Shown here: positions 60,375 to 64,000 of the stretch, piece by piece | How positions within the stretch are numbered: the stretch's first letter is position 1 | Layout: every line of letters starts with the position of its first letter | Assembly (NCBI GenBank): GCA_002728565.1 | Contig: PBUX01000064.1 | Location: forward strand, 29,529-93,528 | DNA: 64,000 nt | Direction of reading: 5' to 3' | Origin: Methanobacteriota archaeon | GTDB lineage: Archaea; Thermoplasmatota; Poseidoniia; Poseidoniales; Thalassarchaeaceae | Translations under genes and position numbers: made by a program | Notes under the pieces: generated by a model | What the model was told of the DNA's origin: nothing | Database searches by the model: none | The model's input: the letters and a program-made list of their open reading frames with translations, nothing else

Positions 60375-62075
60375 GTGATGACGATTCTCACGCGTTGCAC
60401 TTTTTGCGTTGCCATAGTTGCAACTCTTTCGTGTGTTGCTGCTGAGAATGACGTCCCCGACATGATCCTCGTAGGAGGACGAATCATTTCACCGGGTGCC
60501 GAATGGATGCCTGATCCATCAGGATCTGAGGAACTTCCCACGGGCATAGCTATCTCCAATGGACGTGTCATGATGGTGGGACCGAGCGAAAAGGTCCGGG
60601 CACGTAGCGGTCCGGAGACACGGGTTATTGATCTGGGTGGAAGGAGTGTGCTCCCAGGACTTGCGGACAATCACCTCCATTCGATTGGTGGGGGCTCGGG
60701 TGTCGACCTGTCATCCGCTCGCTCACTCGAGGACATTAGTGGAGCTTTAGCTGCAAGGGCTGGTGAGTTGCCCCCGGGGTCCATAATCGTGTCCAACAGT
60801 GACTGGCATGAAGGTCAGCTTCTTGAGCAACGCCTTCCATATCGAGACGACCTTGATCGTATGGTTCCGCTACACCCCGTGGTCGTGGTTCGGGGTGGTC
60901 ATGAATACATACTGAACTCTCTGGCTTTGGAATACTGGGGAGTAGACGAGACCGCGGCGGAAGTACCGGGCGGCCGTATTGGACGATATGCAGATGGTCG
61001 ACTCAACGGGGAACTGGTTGATCGAGCGAAAGATCTGATATCGCTCCCTCCTCCCCGGACGCGGGCCGCGGAGGCCGAGGCGTTGGATGCGCTCCAGGCT
61101 CAGTACGGGCTGCTTAACCAGCGAGGCCTCACAAGTGTGAGACATCCTGGGGGTAGCCTCGAACAGCTAGCACAGATCCGTGAATTAGAGGAAGCGGGGC
61201 GTCTATCAATGCGAGTCGAGTTCCTCTTTAGAGCTCCAAGGTCAGCGAGCCCGGAGGCGGTTGAGGAGGCCATTGACTCGTGGACCAAGCCCCAGCGCAA
61301 ATCAAGATTGGTGCAGATAGGCGGAGTGAAGCTCGGCGTAGATGGTGGGTTCGAGGGTGGCTTGATGCGAGATGCGTACGAGGGCCCTTGGGGTAACGGT
61401 GGACGTTTCTATGGGCTCCAGACTGTTCCGACGGAGGACTTTTATCAATCAGTGTCGATGCTTGCTGATGCAGGATGGCGCATAGCTACACATGCGGTGG
61501 GAGATGCTGCAATCGACTTAGTACTTGATGCCTATGCCGAGGCAGATGCGAAGGAACCCATAGCGGCAAAACGTTGGGTAATCGAGCATGGTTTTATTCC
61601 TCGACCGGATCAGTTTGATCGCATGCTTGACATGGGCCTCGCCGTTTCCGCGCAGAATCATCTATACCTGGCAGCTCCTAGCCTCGCCAAGTATTGGGGT
61701 GCCGAACGCGCCGCGTGGACGACACCGCTCCGCGAATATATTGATGCTGGTGTTCCTGTGTCCTTGGGCACGGATGCCCCGGTGGTCCCGTATGACCCAT
61801 GGTGGGTGCTGCACCACTTCACGACCCGGAGCACGATCAGCGCAGGAGTGTTTGGTGAGGATCAGGTTGTTTCCCGTCTAGAGGCCCTAGAAGCTATGAC
61901 GCTGGAATACGCTTGGCTCACCTTTAGTGAAGCCGAAAGGGGAACCCTAGACGTTGGCAAACTCGCCGACCTGGTCGTAACGCAGGAGGATTATCTTCAG
62001 TGCGAGGACCCTTGTTTAGAGTCGATGAAAGTGGACCTGACTTTGCTAGAAGGTCGTGTTGTATGGGAGCGATGA
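60375..62075 (+). CDS. Amidohydrolase 3 (YtcJ-like) lipoprotein
   Basis: Lipobox TLSC, PGLADNHLH, THAVGD, IEH, GTDAP. Confidence 0.9.
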   Translation: MMTILTRCTFCVAIVATLSCVAAENDVPDMILVGGRIISPGAEWMPDPSGSEELPTGIAISNGRVMMVGPSEKVRARSGPETRVIDLGGRSVLPGLADNHLHSIGGGSGVDLSSARSLEDISGALAARAGELPPGSIIVSNSDWHEGQLLEQRLPYRDDLDRMVPLHPVVVVRGGHEYILNSLALEYWGVDETAAEVPGGRIGRYADGRLNGELVDRAKDLISLPPPRTRAAEAEALDALQAQYGLLNQRGLTSVRHPGGSLEQLAQIRELEEAGRLSMRVEFLFRAPRSASPEAVEEAIDSWTKPQRKSRLVQIGGVKLGVDGGFEGGLMRDAYEGPWGNGGRFYGLQTVPTEDFYQSVSMLADAGWRIATHAVGDAAIDLVLDAYAEADAKEPIAAKRWVIEHGFIPRPDQFDRMLDMGLAVSAQNHLYLAAPSLAKYWGAERAAWTTPLREYIDAGVPVSLGTDAPVVPYDPWWVLHHFTTRSTISAGVFGEDQVVSRLEALEAMTLEYAWLTFSEAERGTLDVGKLADLVVTQEDYLQCEDPCLESMKVDLTLLEGRVVWER

Positions 62076-62184
62076 AGTTTGTTTCGGGATTCACGACTGA
62101 CCTGGCTGGCGCGTAAGGAGCGTCTTCGTACGTTTATCGCCCTGCCATTTTAAGGGTCATTCAACCGCAGCAAGAGGTGTCATC

Positions 62185-64000
62185 ATGTCCGGAGCCGAGC
62201 TTTTCTTACGAACGTCATGGGCAGCCGTCTTCACAGTCTTTGTGCTCGCAGGATCCCCGTCTACTGGTATGGCTCAAGACGAGCCTGTGCGCACCGTCGA
62301 CCTAGAGATGTATCTAGACCTGGAAAGTGTCTCAGGTCCGCAGATTGCTCCCGATGGATCAGAGATTGTGTATACCCGGGGTTGGGTTGATAAGATGAAT
62401 GATCGGCGGGAATCGTCGATTTGGATCATGAATGCTGATGGATCTAAGAACCGATTCCTGGTGGATGGTTCAGGGCCAATCTGGTCTCCGGATGGCACGA
62501 GAATCGCCTACACAGCGACTGGCGATCCTGAAGGCACACAGATTTTTGTTAGATGGATGGATGACGAGGGTGCCACGAGTCAGGTCACACGGCTTGAGTC
62601 CAGCCCCGGGGGGATTCGCTGGTCGCCCAATGGGGAGCACCTATCGTTTTCAATGAACGTCGACGCGGAACCAGCGTTTATGGTGACCCCTCCAGGGCGT
62701 CCCGATGGAGCCACGTGGGTAGAATCTCCTCGGGTGGTGACACGAGCTGACTATAGACAAGATCGGGTTGGGTTTGTGGATGGGGCCTGGAGGCACCTGT
62801 TCGTTGTGCCTGCCGAGGGAGGCACGGCACGACAGTTAACGGATGGGGACTGGAACCACTCTACGGGGGAGTGGACGCCAGATGGTGCGGAGCTAGTCTT
62901 CTCCTCGCTTCGAACTGAGGATTCAGAACTCGCTTGGCGTCAGTCCGAGGTCTACGCCGTAGACGTAGCATCGGGCGGGATCCGTCAACTGACTCGTCGC
63001 AACGGTCAAGATTTTTCCCCTCTGCCTTCGCCTCGTGGGGACCTGATAGCGTATAGAGGCAGCGACTGGCATGATGACACATACCGGAACGCGGGCATCT
63101 ATGTGATGGAGCGTGATGGGGACAGCCCTCGCCTCATTTCAGGCGACTTTGATCGATCCATTAACGGAATGCAGTGGGCAGCAGACGGAAGCGGGCTGTA
63201 CTTGACTGTAAGCTCGGAAGGAACCCGAAATCTGCATTTCGCCTCAGTGAGTGGCGGAGTGGAAGCAATTTCCGAAGGCGAGCACATGTTCGCTTTAAGT
63301 TCGTTTACTGCCGACGGCCAGGCGGTGGGCACATACACGAGCCCCCAGGTGCCGTCGGACATCGTCGCCTTCGATCTCGACAACGCGAACGACCGGACGC
63401 AGCTGACGCATGTCAACGAAGACGTGCTCGGTGGGGTAACGTTTGGCGAAGTTGAAGAGGTCTGGTACGAGTCCGTCGAAGACTTCAACATTCAGGGTTG
63501 GATTATCCACCCTCCGGGCTTCGATCCGAATAAGAAATACCCGCTCATGCTGGCGATCCACGGCGGTCCACACGGCATGTACAACGTGGGCTTCAACTTT
63601 GGATGGCAGGAACACGCGGCGAATGGTTACGTGGTATTGTATACGAACCCACGAGGGAGTTCTGGCTATGGGAGCGCTTTCGGTAATTCGATTAAGCGTG
63701 CATACCCTGGCAAGGATTTCGATGACCTGATGGCAGGTGTCGACCTAGTGGTGGATCGTGGATACATCGACGAAGAAAACATGTTCGTGTATGGATGCTC
63801 AGGGGGTGGGGTTCTCACGTCTTGGGTCGTGGGCCACACGGATCGTTTCGCGGCGGCTTCGGCTAACTGTCCCGTGACAAACTGGCTTTCGTTTGTCGGT
63901 ACGACGGACGGGATCGGCTGGTACCGCAATTTCGATAATTTCCCGTGGGATGACCCGAGCGAACACCTTCGTCGCTCTCCTTTGATGTATGTTGGAAACG
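62185..64000 (+). CDS. Secreted S9 family serine peptidase (3' truncated by window; absent from ORF track)
   Basis: GAGGTG RBS, ATG 62185, signal peptide, WSPDG-type propeller repeats, IHGGPH, NPRGSSGYG, GCSGGG nucleophile motif. Confidence 0.9.
   Translation, partial: MSGAELFLRTSWAAVFTVFVLAGSPSTGMAQDEPVRTVDLEMYLDLESVSGPQIAPDGSEIVYTRGWVDKMNDRRESSIWIMNADGSKNRFLVDGSGPIWSPDGTRIAYTATGDPEGTQIFVRWMDDEGATSQVTRLESSPGGIRWSPNGEHLSFSMNVDAEPAFMVTPPGRPDGATWVESPRVVTRADYRQDRVGFVDGAWRHLFVVPAEGGTARQLTDGDWNHSTGEWTPDGAELVFSSLRTEDSELAWRQSEVYAVDVASGGIRQLTRRNGQDFSPLPSPRGDLIAYRGSDWHDDTYRNAGIYVMERDGDSPRLISGDFDRSINGMQWAADGSGLYLTVSSEGTRNLHFASVSGGVEAISEGEHMFALSSFTADGQAVGTYTSPQVPSDIVAFDLDNANDRTQLTHVNEDVLGGVTFGEVEEVWYESVEDFNIQGWIIHPPGFDPNKKYPLMLAIHGGPHGMYNVGFNFGWQEHAANGYVVLYTNPRGSSGYGSAFGNSIKRAYPGKDFDDLMAGVDLVVDRGYIDEENMFVYGCSGGGVLTSWVVGHTDRFAAASANCPVTNWLSFVGTTDGIGWYRNFDNFPWDDPSEHLRRSPLMYVGN

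Overview
Bacterial chromosomal window spanning the replication origin. The gene content (DUF1592/DUF1552/ankyrin clusters, many secreted peptidases) suggests a marine Gemmatimonadota-like organism; this is inference. Right half (38-64 kb) is mostly housekeeping: dnaN-oriC-dnaA, rpmH-rnpA-yidD-yidC-mnmE-mnmG-parS-parAB, M23/bactofilin, Nif3, lipA-pdhABC and peptidases. Left half holds an acetate-type symporter pair, a low-GC katG, a tandemly duplicated exported heme-c/DUF1592 + DUF1552 + ankyrin(CxxC) operon, an ABATE/CGNR regulator with a double operator, tyrS, purE, greA, redox genes and a tRNA-Ala followed by a small decayed islet. Best leads: (1) a signal-peptide-bearing peroxiredoxin split by an in-frame UGA at the peroxidatic Cys position with a SECIS-like hairpin, facing ccdA-tlpA; (2) an unannotated ~240-nt transcript (promoter and terminator visible) that folds as a 6S-like rod, carries a 14-nt perfect complement of the 16S rRNA 3' tail and has a 20-codon ORF; (3) the duplicated DUF1592-DUF1552-ankyrin system; (4) rnpA with no canonical start codon, in the -1 frame of rpmH behind a T_TTA_AAT slippery heptamer. 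All coordinates and base pairings were read by eye; no searches were run.
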